From: Microcoleus sp. GA_180221_E-2-1-MAG-45_12
Lineage (GTDB): Bacteria > Cyanobacteriota > Cyanobacteriia > Cyanobacteriales > JAAUUE01
DNA length: 64,000 nucleotides
Assembly (NCBI GenBank): GCA_020692245.1
Contig: JAIMKT010000001.1
Location: 125,173-189,172 of the forward strand
Direction of reading: 5' to 3'
Part shown: in pieces, positions 46,230 through 55,796 of the stretch
Layout of the letters: each line of letters starts with the position of its first letter
How positions within the stretch are numbered: the stretch's first letter is position 1
The notes under the pieces: model-generated
Told to the model about the DNA's origin: nothing
The model's input: the letters and a program-made list of their open reading frames with translations, nothing else
Database searches by the model: none
Position numbers and translations under genes: made by a program

Positions 46230-47342
46230 ATGGATCGGTATATTCTCACGGAATTGTTAGTGCCGTTCCTATTTGGAGTGGGGTTATTTTCTTCGGTGGC
46301 GGTGGCGATCGGGTCGGTATTTGACCTCGTGAGACGGATTGCCGAATCGGGACTATTAATCGAACTGGCCCTGCGGGTATTACTGCTGAAAATGCCCGAG
46401 TTCATTGTCTATGCCTTTCCCATGTCGATGGTGCTGGCTTCCTTGATGGCTTATAGTCGCTTGAGTAGTGATAGTGAAATTGTGGCTCTCCGTAGTTGTG
46501 GGGTAAGCGTGTATCGCCTCGTGGTTCCGGCGCTGGTGATGGGGGTAATTGTCACGATCGTCACCTTTGCTTTCTATGAATCCGTAGTTCCGGCGGCTAA
46601 TTACCAAGCCTCTTTAATCCTCGAAAAGGCAGCTAACGAGGAGCGTCCCCTATTTCAAGAGCGGAATATTGTTTATCCAGAATACACCGAAGTTCTAGAA
46701 GCCGACGGCAAAAAGACCCGGACTCTAAAACGCTTGTTTTATGCCGACAGTTTCAACGGTAGGGAAATGCAAAACCTGACAATTTTGGACTGGTCACAGC
46801 AGGGCTTGAATCAAATCATTGCGGCGCAACAGGCAGTATGGAATCCCCAAGAGGGTTTATGGGATTTTTCCAATGGCACGATCTACATGGTTTCTGCCGA
46901 TGGTTCCTACCGAAATATTCTCCGCTTTCAAAACCAGCAACTCCAACTCCCCCGGACTCCCCTAGATTTGGCTGGCCGAAGGCTAGATTACACGGAAATG
47001 AACATTGCCCAGTCTCAAGAGGCTCTCCAATTGGCGATCGCTAGTGGGGATGAACCAAGAGCCTTGAAACTCCAAGTCCGCATTCAACAAAGAATTTCCC
47101 TACCGTTTATTTGCTTAGTCTTTGGTCTGGTGGGTTCGGCTCTGGGTATTCAACCCCGAAAAACCGGGAAAGCTACTAGTTTTGGGATCAGCGTGGTGAT
47201 TATTTTCACCTACTATATTTCTTCTTTCATCACCGGAGCTATGGCTCAAGTGGGAGTGTTGACACCTTTCTGGGGTGCGTGGTTGCCCAATGTATTTGGA
47301 TTGGTATCGGGGATAATTTTATTGATTCGATCGGCTCGTTAG
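46230..47342 (+). CDS. LptF/LptG-family (YjgP/YjgQ) LPS export permease
   Basis: MDRYILTELLVPFLFGVG start. Six TM segments with a large periplasmic loop. Adjacent to lptB. Confidence 0.8.
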   Translation: MDRYILTELLVPFLFGVGLFSSVAVAIGSVFDLVRRIAESGLLIELALRVLLLKMPEFIVYAFPMSMVLASLMAYSRLSSDSEIVALRSCGVSVYRLVVPALVMGVIVTIVTFAFYESVVPAANYQASLILEKAANEERPLFQERNIVYPEYTEVLEADGKKTRTLKRLFYADSFNGREMQNLTILDWSQQGLNQIIAAQQAVWNPQEGLWDFSNGTIYMVSADGSYRNILRFQNQQLQLPRTPLDLAGRRLDYTEMNIAQSQEALQLAIASGDEPRALKLQVRIQQRISLPFICLVFGLVGSALGIQPRKTGKATSFGISVVIIFTYYISSFITGAMAQVGVLTPFWGAWLPNVFGLVSGIILLIRSAR

Positions 47343-47383
47343 CAGATTTTGCAAATTTTAGAGTTTTTAGAGATATTTGATAG

Positions 47384-48085
47384 ATGCCAATAATGACAAA
47401 TAAATATGGCTTGGCTCTCCACACTACCAGCCCCCAATTAGGAATAGTTTTAGATAATTTTCAAGGTGCTAGCCAGAGTCAGGTTTGGGATTTGGGGCAT
47501 GAAATGGGCAATCAATTACATTTAAAGATGATGGAAATCATGGGGACTCGAACTTGGCAGGATTTGAGTTTTCTGGCGGTGGCGATCGGCCCCGGTAGTT
47601 TTACAGGAACTCGTCTTGGTGTAGTGACAGCCCGCACCCTTGCCCAACAGTTAGACCTGCCTTTAATCGGCATTTCCAGCTTTGCTGCCTTTGCTTGGTG
47701 GTGGTTCTATGAACATACCCTAGAGTTTGGACAAATTCTCGCCCTCCATACTCCTGCCCAACGTGATCAATTATTTGTGGGGATTTATCAATTAACTAAC
47801 AGTCCCGAAAATCCTCTCAAAACTCTCCTTCCAGACACGGTGATGACTCCCCCAGAGTGGCAAGAAAAACTCCAAAGTTTAGACTTAAGCAATCTAGAAT
47901 CAACACAGCCAGTAATTTCCCCAGTAATTTCCTTAGAGGTTCCCCAAAATCTGGGGATGACCGCCCCTAGTCTTTTGGACTTAGCCTACAAGCAAGGATG
48001 CTTCAAGGGAGCAGCGACCCTAACGGAAGGTGATTTTCCTTGGTCTTTAGTTTTGCCGTTTTATGGTCAGCATCCAGTGGCTTAA
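47384..48085 (+). CDS. tsaB: tRNA t6A biosynthesis protein TsaB (YeaZ)
   Basis: LALHTTS..LG......; AVAIGPGSFTGTRLGVVTARTLAQ.L.LPL.GISS. Confidence 0.8.
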   Translation: MPIMTNKYGLALHTTSPQLGIVLDNFQGASQSQVWDLGHEMGNQLHLKMMEIMGTRTWQDLSFLAVAIGPGSFTGTRLGVVTARTLAQQLDLPLIGISSFAAFAWWWFYEHTLEFGQILALHTPAQRDQLFVGIYQLTNSPENPLKTLLPDTVMTPPEWQEKLQSLDLSNLESTQPVISPVISLEVPQNLGMTAPSLLDLAYKQGCFKGAATLTEGDFPWSLVLPFYGQHPVA

Positions 48086-48204
48086 AAAGATCGATCCGCT
48101 ATCTGTTACCAGTGGTATTCTGGAAATAGTTAAATCAAGCACATTTATTGACCGTAGCTAGTTTGTCTCTAAGCCTAGTAAATAATCCTGAGTAAGTAGT
48201 AATT

Positions 48205-48687
48205 ATGACAACCCCAAATTTAGAAGCCCCAGAAACTGCCCTGAGTGATCATGATGTTAATGAAGCGATCGAGGCAATTCCGGTGAACCATGTAGACGTA
48301 ATTGAAACGGTGATTGGCAGTCTAGATAGCAATGACTCTGCTATGGTCAGTCAGACTGAGGGTAGATACCTATGGAAATTTCAGTACGGCAGTGCTGAGG
48401 TGTTTGTGCAGTTAAGTGGGGTGACGGAGGAAGATACCTTGACGGTGTGGTCGGTGGTGTTGCAATTGCCAGCCAAGAATGAAGCGGAGCTGATGAAAAA
48501 ACTGTTGACGATGAATTGGCAGGATACCTTAGAGGCAAGATTTGCGATCCTAGAAAATCAAGTTGTGGTGGTGGCAAGTCGCAGTGTGGCAGACATGGAA
48601 GCGGGGGAAATTTCTCGATCGATCACGATCGTGGCAACTACAGCAGATAATAATGATGATATTTTACAAGCTGAGTTTGGTCTCTAA
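48205..48687 (+). CDS. YbjN-like (putative sensory transduction regulator/chaperone fold) protein
   Basis: Pattern W.F.YGS.EVFV.L........L.VWS.V...P......L...LL..N matches the YbjN-type fold. Low certainty. Confidence 0.45.
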   Translation: MTTPNLEAPETALSDHDVNEAIEAIPVNHVDVIETVIGSLDSNDSAMVSQTEGRYLWKFQYGSAEVFVQLSGVTEEDTLTVWSVVLQLPAKNEAELMKKLLTMNWQDTLEARFAILENQVVVVASRSVADMEAGEISRSITIVATTADNNDDILQAEFGL

Positions 48688-49490
48688 TGGTTGTTAGGTC
48701 TTCTTCTCAACCCCTTTCGATCATCACTCCAGCCCAAGGCGCAGAAATCAAGGCGAGGATCAAGTTAATTGCCACAGATATGGATGGGACAATTACTAAT
48801 AATGGGAAATTTAGTCCTCTTCTCTGGGAATCTTTGGCAACTTTGGCAGCTATAGGGATCAAGGTGGTGGTGACAACGGGGCGATCGGCGGGCTGGGTGC
48901 AAGGGATTTTCCATTACTTACCAGAGGTTCCTGTGGTGGGGGCGATCGCCGAAAATGGGGGTTTATACTATCCTTCTAGCCTTGCCCATCCCCAATTTCT
49001 CAGCCCCCTTGCGGATATTCAGACTCACCGTCAAAACCTCGCTACAACTTTTCAGCACCTTTGCCAACAATTTCCCCAGCTAGCAGAATCTAGCGACAAT
49101 CTCTTTCGCCTCAGTGATTGGACTTTTGATGTGACAGGGCTAAGTTTGGAGGAGTTGACTACCCTAGAAACCCTCTGCCATCAACAAGATTGGGGATTCA
49201 CCTACAGTAATGTCCAATGTCATATCAAGCCCCAAGGACAAGATAAGGCAAGGGGAATCCAGCAAGTTCTTGCCCAATATTTTCCAGAGTTGCAGCCTGA
49301 TCAAATCCTAACCATTGGGGACAGCATCAATGATGAATCAATGTTTAATCCTCAAGAATTTCTCCTCTCGATCGGTGTGGCAAATATTCATCATTACCTA
49401 TCGGCACTAAAATATCACCCCAAGTACATCACCACCCACCCAGAAATTGCTGGATTTGCGGAACTCGTGAACTTCCTCAAAAATTCCTAG
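48687..49490 (+). CDS. HAD-superfamily hydrolase, subfamily IIB (Cof/sucrose-phosphatase-like)
   Basis: Motif I IATDMDGTIT, motif II VVTTGR, motif III/IV K...GDS.ND. Its ATG overlaps the upstream stop (TAATG). Confidence 0.75.
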   Translation: MVVRSSSQPLSIITPAQGAEIKARIKLIATDMDGTITNNGKFSPLLWESLATLAAIGIKVVVTTGRSAGWVQGIFHYLPEVPVVGAIAENGGLYYPSSLAHPQFLSPLADIQTHRQNLATTFQHLCQQFPQLAESSDNLFRLSDWTFDVTGLSLEELTTLETLCHQQDWGFTYSNVQCHIKPQGQDKARGIQQVLAQYFPELQPDQILTIGDSINDESMFNPQEFLLSIGVANIHHYLSALKYHPKYITTHPEIAGFAELVNFLKNS

Positions 49491-49493
49491 GGA

Positions 49494-51146
49494 TTATTTT
49501 TCTGGCTGGAGTTGGATAGACAGGTCGAAGCGAAGGAGGCGATCGCTGTCTACTTGGGTGGTCATGCCAATGGTAGAAATCGACTTAGCAGTAGTCCGCC
49601 AATCCTTGGGTAGTTGGGGAAGGGGCAGATTATTACCATTAATCGCTGTGTCTACATTGATAAAAAACTTGCCATTGTGGGGTTGATTCATTCCCGGTAG
49701 AGAGCGTTGAAACTGATTACTACTAGCGAGGGCTTCCCGTGGTTGGGGGACAATACCGGGGGCGATCGGCGCACCAAAAGTCAAAAAAGCCACATTGCCA
49801 TCTAACCAACCATGACTGATATTTAAGCCCACCAAGGGGGAAACCCAGTTTGTTACAGGCTGCCCATTCAGTTGGTTTGATTCTACTTGGAACTGATAAT
49901 TATTAGCCGCAATTTCATCCAGACGCTTTAAGGTTTTTTCTGCCTTGGGTCGATCGCTCGCCTGCACCATCACCACAACCCCCGCCTTCAATCGTGAGGT
50001 AACATTAGCCGCCGAAGGAACCAGAGCTACCGTAAATTCTCCCTGCATCCAATCAAGGATATCTGCATCCAAATCGAGACTAGTAAAAGACTTTAGACCC
50101 GATCGCACCACTTCGGGGGAAATGGGGAGGAGGGGATTGCCTTGACCGTCAATATAGTCGACCCAGAACTTTTGGAAGCTACTGCCAGAAAACATCAAAA
50201 ATGTATCCGCAGGCAGGCGCTGGGGCATAATTTTGGCATCATTCTTGGGCTGAAATTTTTGTTTGCTATCCGGGCGTAGCCAAGAAATACCTTGGAGTCT
50301 TAGCCCTTGGGGTTCTAGGTCAATATTCGTGGCAATTCCTTGATACTGCTGTTGGGGCGGTGCGGGTTGGGTACTGACGGCTTTTGTCGAATCCGCAGCT
50401 AGCATGGTACTGATTGCGGGAAGATTTAGGTACAAACGTCCGGCGGGTTGCCCTGCATTGAGTTTCCCTAGAGCTTGGCTATAACCGGGGAGATTGACGA
50501 TCGCCTGCTTGTCTTGGTAAGCATCTACTACTTGTTCCATCGATCGAGGATTATTCGTCACCACTACAGAATTATCTAACACAGTAACGGAAATCGGATT
50601 TTTGCTATCCTTGGGGCTTTCTTGAATTTTTACTCCTTGATAGGTACGCCCTTGGAGATTACCGACCCCAGACTCAATTTGTTTGGCTATCTGGGAAGTG
50701 AACAGGGGCTGGCTCACTGGCATCACTAATATCAAAGTATCGTTAATTTCTGAGGTTTTGGCTTGGTCTGGAGTAGTCGCTTCTGGAGTATTTGCTGGGG
50801 TCAAGGGTAGATAAGCAACGGTGGCTTCGCTGCCAATCCATGGCTGGATATCCCGTTGGTAATCAAACCCATTGGTCGTCAGAAATTCCTGCTGGAGAGT
50901 TTGAATCTGTTGGGCGATCGCTGCTTTAGTTTCTGGGGTTCCAGTTTGCTGGAGTTGCTGCCACTGCTGGGGATCGGTAGACACAGAAAGAGTTGCTAGA
51001 GCTGTTTTGGGAATCAACCTTGATCCCGGTGGATTGTAGCCAGCAAAGAAATTATTTTGAGCTAACCAGTAAGCCCCCGCCCCTCCAGCAATTACCACAG
51101 AAGCCCCGATCATCACTAATCCCACAGTCTTATTTTTTAACAGCAT
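49494..51146 (-). CDS. Conserved cyanobacterial secreted/membrane-anchored protein (DUF3352-like)
   Basis: 550 aa with an N-terminal TM anchor. Size and overall pattern resemble DUF3352; not verified. Confidence 0.55.
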   Translation of the reverse strand: MLLKNKTVGLVMIGASVVIAGGAGAYWLAQNNFFAGYNPPGSRLIPKTALATLSVSTDPQQWQQLQQTGTPETKAAIAQQIQTLQQEFLTTNGFDYQRDIQPWIGSEATVAYLPLTPANTPEATTPDQAKTSEINDTLILVMPVSQPLFTSQIAKQIESGVGNLQGRTYQGVKIQESPKDSKNPISVTVLDNSVVVTNNPRSMEQVVDAYQDKQAIVNLPGYSQALGKLNAGQPAGRLYLNLPAISTMLAADSTKAVSTQPAPPQQQYQGIATNIDLEPQGLRLQGISWLRPDSKQKFQPKNDAKIMPQRLPADTFLMFSGSSFQKFWVDYIDGQGNPLLPISPEVVRSGLKSFTSLDLDADILDWMQGEFTVALVPSAANVTSRLKAGVVVMVQASDRPKAEKTLKRLDEIAANNYQFQVESNQLNGQPVTNWVSPLVGLNISHGWLDGNVAFLTFGAPIAPGIVPQPREALASSNQFQRSLPGMNQPHNGKFFINVDTAINGNNLPLPQLPKDWRTTAKSISTIGMTTQVDSDRLLRFDLSIQLQPEK

Positions 51147-51898
51147 AAAATTTCGTTTAACCAGTCTTCAATAAATTTGTGAACCATCTCCCCAAGCATC
51201 TTTTCAAGAAAGGTCACACCTATCTAATACTACGTTTAAAAATACTAAACTTCCGAAAGCAAGCCCATATAAATTATAGAAAACCCCGTAAAACCCACGA
51301 TGCTCTAGCCGTGGGATATAAGGCGGGTTAGCGTAGGTACGTAGCTAACCAATTATTTCTCAAGCATTAATATTCAAATAAGCAAAGTACTGATAAGATT
51401 ATGGCAAGCAAGTAAGTACATCTGTCTACGTGTTGAACCATTCTAGTATCGGAGCAATCCCGGCACAGTAAGTCACTACTACCTTTGAGTAGCAAGCCTA
51501 TACAACTGACAAGCAAAGGCAGAATGGGAAGCGTACCGAATTGGCTGAGTGACAGACCCAGAAAGCAAAGAAAAAAGGTAATCACAAGAACAATACTGGA
51601 AGGTAGTTGTATTGAGTGAGTAGGGGCGAATTGACAACGCCTTTAAGTTTTGATATTCAAAATCTTAAGAATCTCATGCTCTTTAGACGTGGGAGTGTCA
51701 AATCCAAGAATTTTCCTAACCCAAAAGTCAAATTTTCCCCTAGCAGCCTGATATTCTTACAGGATTACCGCTCTTCCCAAGTTCCTGCTTAATAACGGTC
51801 ACACAATCTCTCTGGACGATCATCACTCTTTTTTAGGCAGTTGCCTTGTCAGTAACAGATTTCTCTACAACAACGGTAACGGAAATAATATGGTTAAA

Positions 51899-52162
51899 TT
51901 AGGCAATCTCGAAAAGACCAGTTTCATTCTGTGCTACGAATGGTTGTTGATGTAAGACAATCAGTTGTTGTAGTGCTAAAGTTTCCATGGCATAAGGAAT
52001 TCCATCTCGCCCAGCAAATTCAACTTCAAACATATTATTTCCTAATTCCATAACAACGGTTCCAACCTGTCCTTGCTGAAGTAATATGACTTCGCCTGTT
52101 TCAAAGTGTTTAGTAATTCGAGTTTCAGTTAAGACAACAATATCTAGTTCTTTAATTTGCAT
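51899..52162 (-). CDS. DUF4926-domain protein
   Basis: ELD.VVL.........G..G.VV........EVEF....G...A...L...QL pattern. Confidence 0.5.
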   Translation of the reverse strand: MQIKELDIVVLTETRITKHFETGEVILLQQGQVGTVVMELGNNMFEVEFAGRDGIPYAMETLALQQLIVLHQQPFVAQNETGLFEIA

Positions 52163-52225
52163 TCTTACCTAACTTTTTTACAGGATAGCAACTAACCAAC
52201 CGAGGTTTTGAAAATTGGTACTAAA

Positions 52226-53395
52226 TCACTCAAAATTTACAATTTTATAGAGGGTGTCTCGTTGTTGATAGGGTCGATCGAGGGAACTGATAGCTGCCTG
52301 TAGTTGTTCGGGTTCTAGGCATGTGCCGCCCTTTGCCCCCGCCATGGTCGTAATGTGTTCTTCCATCAAGGTTCCCCCTAGGTCATTGCAACCCCAATTT
52401 AGGGCTGTCGTTGCCCCGGCTAACCCTAATTTCACCCAACTAGGTTGATGATTGGGAATCCAGTTACCTAAGAATATTCTTGCCACCGCTGTGAGTAATA
52501 GATTATCTTCAAGGATGGGTTGATCTCGCCCGACTCGACTCCGTAAGGGTTTGGGGGCTGATTCACCAACGAAGGGAAGGATGATAAATTCGGTGATTCT
52601 GGCGGGATAGTTTGCCTCGATCGCGCGCTGTTGGAGGCTGCGGAGTTGTTGGAGGTGGGCGGCTTGGTGGTGGGGTTTTTCGATGTGTCCAGAGAGCATG
52701 GTGCTGGTGGTGAACATGCCAAGGCTGTGGGCGGTGCTAACAATTTCTAGCCAAGTGGCACTATCTAGTTTTTCTGGGCAGAGGATTTGCCGGAGGCGAT
52801 CGTCCAAAATTTCGGCTGCTGTCCCCGGCATGGAACCCACCCCAGACCCTTGGAGAGATTGGATCACTTGGGCATAGCTTAAGCCATCTTCTCTGGCAAT
52901 AAACTGGATTTCTTGGGGAGAAAAGGCGTGGAGATGAATCTGGGGAAAGTTTCCTTTAATCGTCTCGACTACTTTTTGATAGTAAGCCAGACTAGAATTA
53001 TTAATTTTTGCTTGGAGATTTAAGCCTCCCTGCATACAAATTTCGGTCGCACCTCTAGCTACTGCCTCTGTGGTCTTGGCAAGAATTTCTTCAAACTCTA
53101 GCCAAAAAGCCCCCGGTTGGTCTGCATCTCGGCGAAAAGCACAGAAACTACAGTGCTGCTCACAGATATTGGTGAAGTTGATATTCCGGTTGATGACGTA
53201 GGTAACTCGATCGCCCACCTGTTGCTGGCGTAGTCGATCGGCTGTCGATCGGATTTCTTCTACCATCTCCGGCTGGGTTTGCTGCAACAAAATCACCGCC
53301 TCTTCGGGGGTAATGTCTGCTCCTGCCAAAGCCTGCTCCAGAATCATCCTGACCACATCTGAGCTAACACTTGATCCAACATTCAGAGTATGCAA
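52226..53395 (-). CDS. cofH: Radical SAM FO (7,8-didemethyl-8-hydroxy-5-deazariboflavin) synthase subunit CofH
   Basis: [26 protein letters not shown] radical-SAM cluster motif and CofH-like length. MqnC/MqnE-type paralogy cannot be excluded without a search. Confidence 0.7.
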   Translation of the reverse strand: MHTLNVGSSVSSDVVRMILEQALAGADITPEEAVILLQQTQPEMVEEIRSTADRLRQQQVGDRVTYVINRNINFTNICEQHCSFCAFRRDADQPGAFWLEFEEILAKTTEAVARGATEICMQGGLNLQAKINNSSLAYYQKVVETIKGNFPQIHLHAFSPQEIQFIAREDGLSYAQVIQSLQGSGVGSMPGTAAEILDDRLRQILCPEKLDSATWLEIVSTAHSLGMFTTSTMLSGHIEKPHHQAAHLQQLRSLQQRAIEANYPARITEFIILPFVGESAPKPLRSRVGRDQPILEDNLLLTAVARIFLGNWIPNHQPSWVKLGLAGATTALNWGCNDLGGTLMEEHITTMAGAKGGTCLEPEQLQAAISSLDRPYQQRDTLYKIVNFE

Positions 53396-53501
53396 AGTAT
53401 CTCAAACTCCTTGATCTGTATCGAAATCTTAATTAAAATCTTCACCGAAAATTAAGTTAGGGGAAATTTTTCATCCCCAAGCAACAAGAACTCAAGCTAA
53501 C

Positions 53502-53855
53502 CTACATTTCCATATCGTTATAACCACCACTCTCTGCATCCCGCTTCGAGCCTAATAATTCTAGCTTAGTTACTCGAACGATTGGCTTAGAACGGTTAGC
53601 TCCTGTATTTTTATCAGTCCAAGTTTCCAATTTGAGAGAACCTTCTACCCCAATTTGACCACCTTTACGGACATAATTAGCAGCAAATTCTGCGGATTTA
53701 CCCCAAACTTCGATATCAAACCAATCAGTCTCTTTATTTCGTGTTGGTCTGTTAACAGCTAAGGTAAATTTACATAGCACACTGCCTGATTCAAAATACT
53801 TCACTTCTGGATCTTGACCAGCTCGCCCGACTAGGTTTATTGAGTTTAAGGACAT
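53502..53855 (-). CDS. ssb: Single-stranded DNA-binding protein
   Basis: MSLNSINLVGRAGQDPEVKYF.SG......FTLAVNR........DWF..E.WGK.AE. Confidence 0.9.
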   Translation of the reverse strand: MSLNSINLVGRAGQDPEVKYFESGSVLCKFTLAVNRPTRNKETDWFDIEVWGKSAEFAANYVRKGGQIGVEGSLKLETWTDKNTGANRSKPIVRVTKLELLGSKRDAESGGYNDMEM

Positions 53856-53982
53856 AGCTTTCCTCCTGCAAATTCCTACAAAACTATTATTGATTGATAT
53901 ACCTAATTATCCCTCAGAAATATGGATTGTGAAGTAATAACTTAGGGATTTTGGCACAACATATAAAATCAATTTTGCTGAA

Positions 53983-54840
53983 CTACTTAGGATTAATTTC
54001 TAGGGTGTAGGTCATGGTCGATCGACCACCGGGATACCGCAGACTGCCAGCAACGGGGGTCGCCTCTTGGGGTAGGGCAGCGGCAGCAAGAGGAATGTGC
54101 TGATCAGCCACTACCAAGCCTAGGGTAGGGTCAAAACCCCGCCAACCACCCCCCGGTAAATAGACCTCTGCCCAAGCATGGAGATATTTTGTCGCCTTGG
54201 GTTCTCCCTCAGTGTAGCCACTTACAAACCGGGTTGCCAGCCCCACCGATCGACACACCGCCATAAACAAAACAGTAAAATCTCGGCAAGAACCAGTTTT
54301 ATTTTGCCAAGTAATCCCCGGAACTTGGGGTCTTCCCGTTTCCCGAATTTGGTAGGTGCAGCGATCGTAAATCCGTTGGGTCAGGGTAGTGAGAAATAAA
54401 CCCACATTGTGATCTACTTCCTGTTGGATGGTCGCCGCTAATTCTCCTACGAGAGGATCAGGGGATGAAACTAAGCCCAAGGGAGCCAAATAACCCTGCA
54501 ATTGCGAAAGAAGAGAGGCGGGATAATCTAAGGGAAATTCTACAGCCCAAGGTTCTAGGATATAGTCAAAGGGATTTTGGCGGTGGGTGATCACCTCTGT
54601 AGTAGCAGTAATTTCGAGGGAGGTGATTAACTGCTCTGGGGGAAACCAGATTTGGGTGACAGTGTTTCCTGCCACATCAAGGGAGAGACTAGTATTCAAG
54701 GGCTGGGGATTGATCACCAGTTGGTGCTGCCGAATAGATTGATCACCACTAGCACGGGGATGGAGGCGAAGGAGATGGGGAGCCAGAGCCACGGGTCGAT
54801 CGTAGTTGTAGGTAGTGCGGTGGCAGATATGGTAGTGCAT
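53983..54840 (-). CDS. Transglutaminase-family protein (N-terminal Bact_transglu_N plus transglutaminase core)
   Basis: Y.I.H.T.Y.Y..PV start. Catalytic GSCRDF, HAW.EVY and FDPT. Confidence 0.85.
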   Translation of the reverse strand: MHYHICHRTTYNYDRPVALAPHLLRLHPRASGDQSIRQHQLVINPQPLNTSLSLDVAGNTVTQIWFPPEQLITSLEITATTEVITHRQNPFDYILEPWAVEFPLDYPASLLSQLQGYLAPLGLVSSPDPLVGELAATIQQEVDHNVGLFLTTLTQRIYDRCTYQIRETGRPQVPGITWQNKTGSCRDFTVLFMAVCRSVGLATRFVSGYTEGEPKATKYLHAWAEVYLPGGGWRGFDPTLGLVVADQHIPLAAAALPQEATPVAGSLRYPGGRSTMTYTLEINPK

Positions 54841-54872
54841 GGGGTTTCGATCGCCAGTTTTGATAACTAATT

Positions 54873-55520
54873 TTAGTCTTCAGGACGATCGCTATTTTGA
54901 TCCCTATTTTTATAGTTATTTTTATTACCAATGAGTTTCCAAGTTGTCGGTAACAATCCTGCGGCTAAACTTGCCTTAATGAGGCTACCGGGTAGGAAGG
55001 GAATCACGCCCATCATTAATACACCCCAAACACCGGGAAATTTGCCCCCCAAGGAGAGCCAAACCCCTAACCATAAAGCTCCGAGGCTGAAGGTGATCAC
55101 ATCTCCTGCCAACATTGAAAATAGGGTAGAGAAAAACTTGCGATCGGCCCCATACTTTTCTACCAAGAAACCAATCAAGGCAGCCGCAAAGGGAAAAGCA
55201 ACGAGATATCCGCCTGTTGGCCCCAAGATTTTTGCCAAGCCAAAGCCCCCGGCGGAAAAAACTGGTAGTCCTGCCAATCCTTCTACTAGATAAGTCACCA
55301 CGGTTAAAAACCCTAATTTTCTGCCCAGGGATGCCCCAATCAGAGCCACACCCAAGGATTGACCAGTGATGGGAACGGGGGTAAAGGGAAGAATAATACT
55401 CACCTGAGCTAATAGACCCAGAAAGAGACTGCCGAGGAGTACCAAAAGGACGGGCTGGAAGGTGGTTCGCTGGGGAAATAGGGTTTTGAGGAGGGGAGGA
55501 TAGGAAGTAGTGGTCTGCAT
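54873..55520 (-). CDS. bioY: Biotin transporter BioY
   Basis: PVPITGQSLGV.L.G..LG and GPTGGYL..F blocks. Six TM segments. Confidence 0.85.
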   Translation of the reverse strand: MQTTTSYPPLLKTLFPQRTTFQPVLLVLLGSLFLGLLAQVSIILPFTPVPITGQSLGVALIGASLGRKLGFLTVVTYLVEGLAGLPVFSAGGFGLAKILGPTGGYLVAFPFAAALIGFLVEKYGADRKFFSTLFSMLAGDVITFSLGALWLGVWLSLGGKFPGVWGVLMMGVIPFLPGSLIKASLAAGLLPTTWKLIGNKNNYKNRDQNSDRPED

Positions 55521-55796
55521 TTTTTGGATAACCTATAATTTAGGGAATTGATTTAGCTAATTAATTTAGTTTTGGATTTAACTTTTTTAGGGAAATTCTG
55601 TAGGGGAATTTGGGGGGAAATCTTCAAAGAACGTTGAGGTAAATTCTAAGAAAAGCTATGGTAGCAGGTTTCTGCAATCAAATTAACAAACTATCACAAT
55701 TTTTCTCATACTTTCAGTTCGATCCATGCACCCATCCAGTCTTTGGGGCATTCAGTATTTATTCAACATCCTAGTTTTCTGGTAATTACCACAAAT

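Noticed and set aside
51899-52162. DUF4926 gene as half of a toxin-antitoxin pair
   Set aside because: The flanking sequence has no convincing partner ORF. The only candidates are a 28-aa frame (VMIVQRDCVTVIKQELGKSGNPVRISGC*) and a 20-codon in-frame tail after the stop. The evidence is insufficient.
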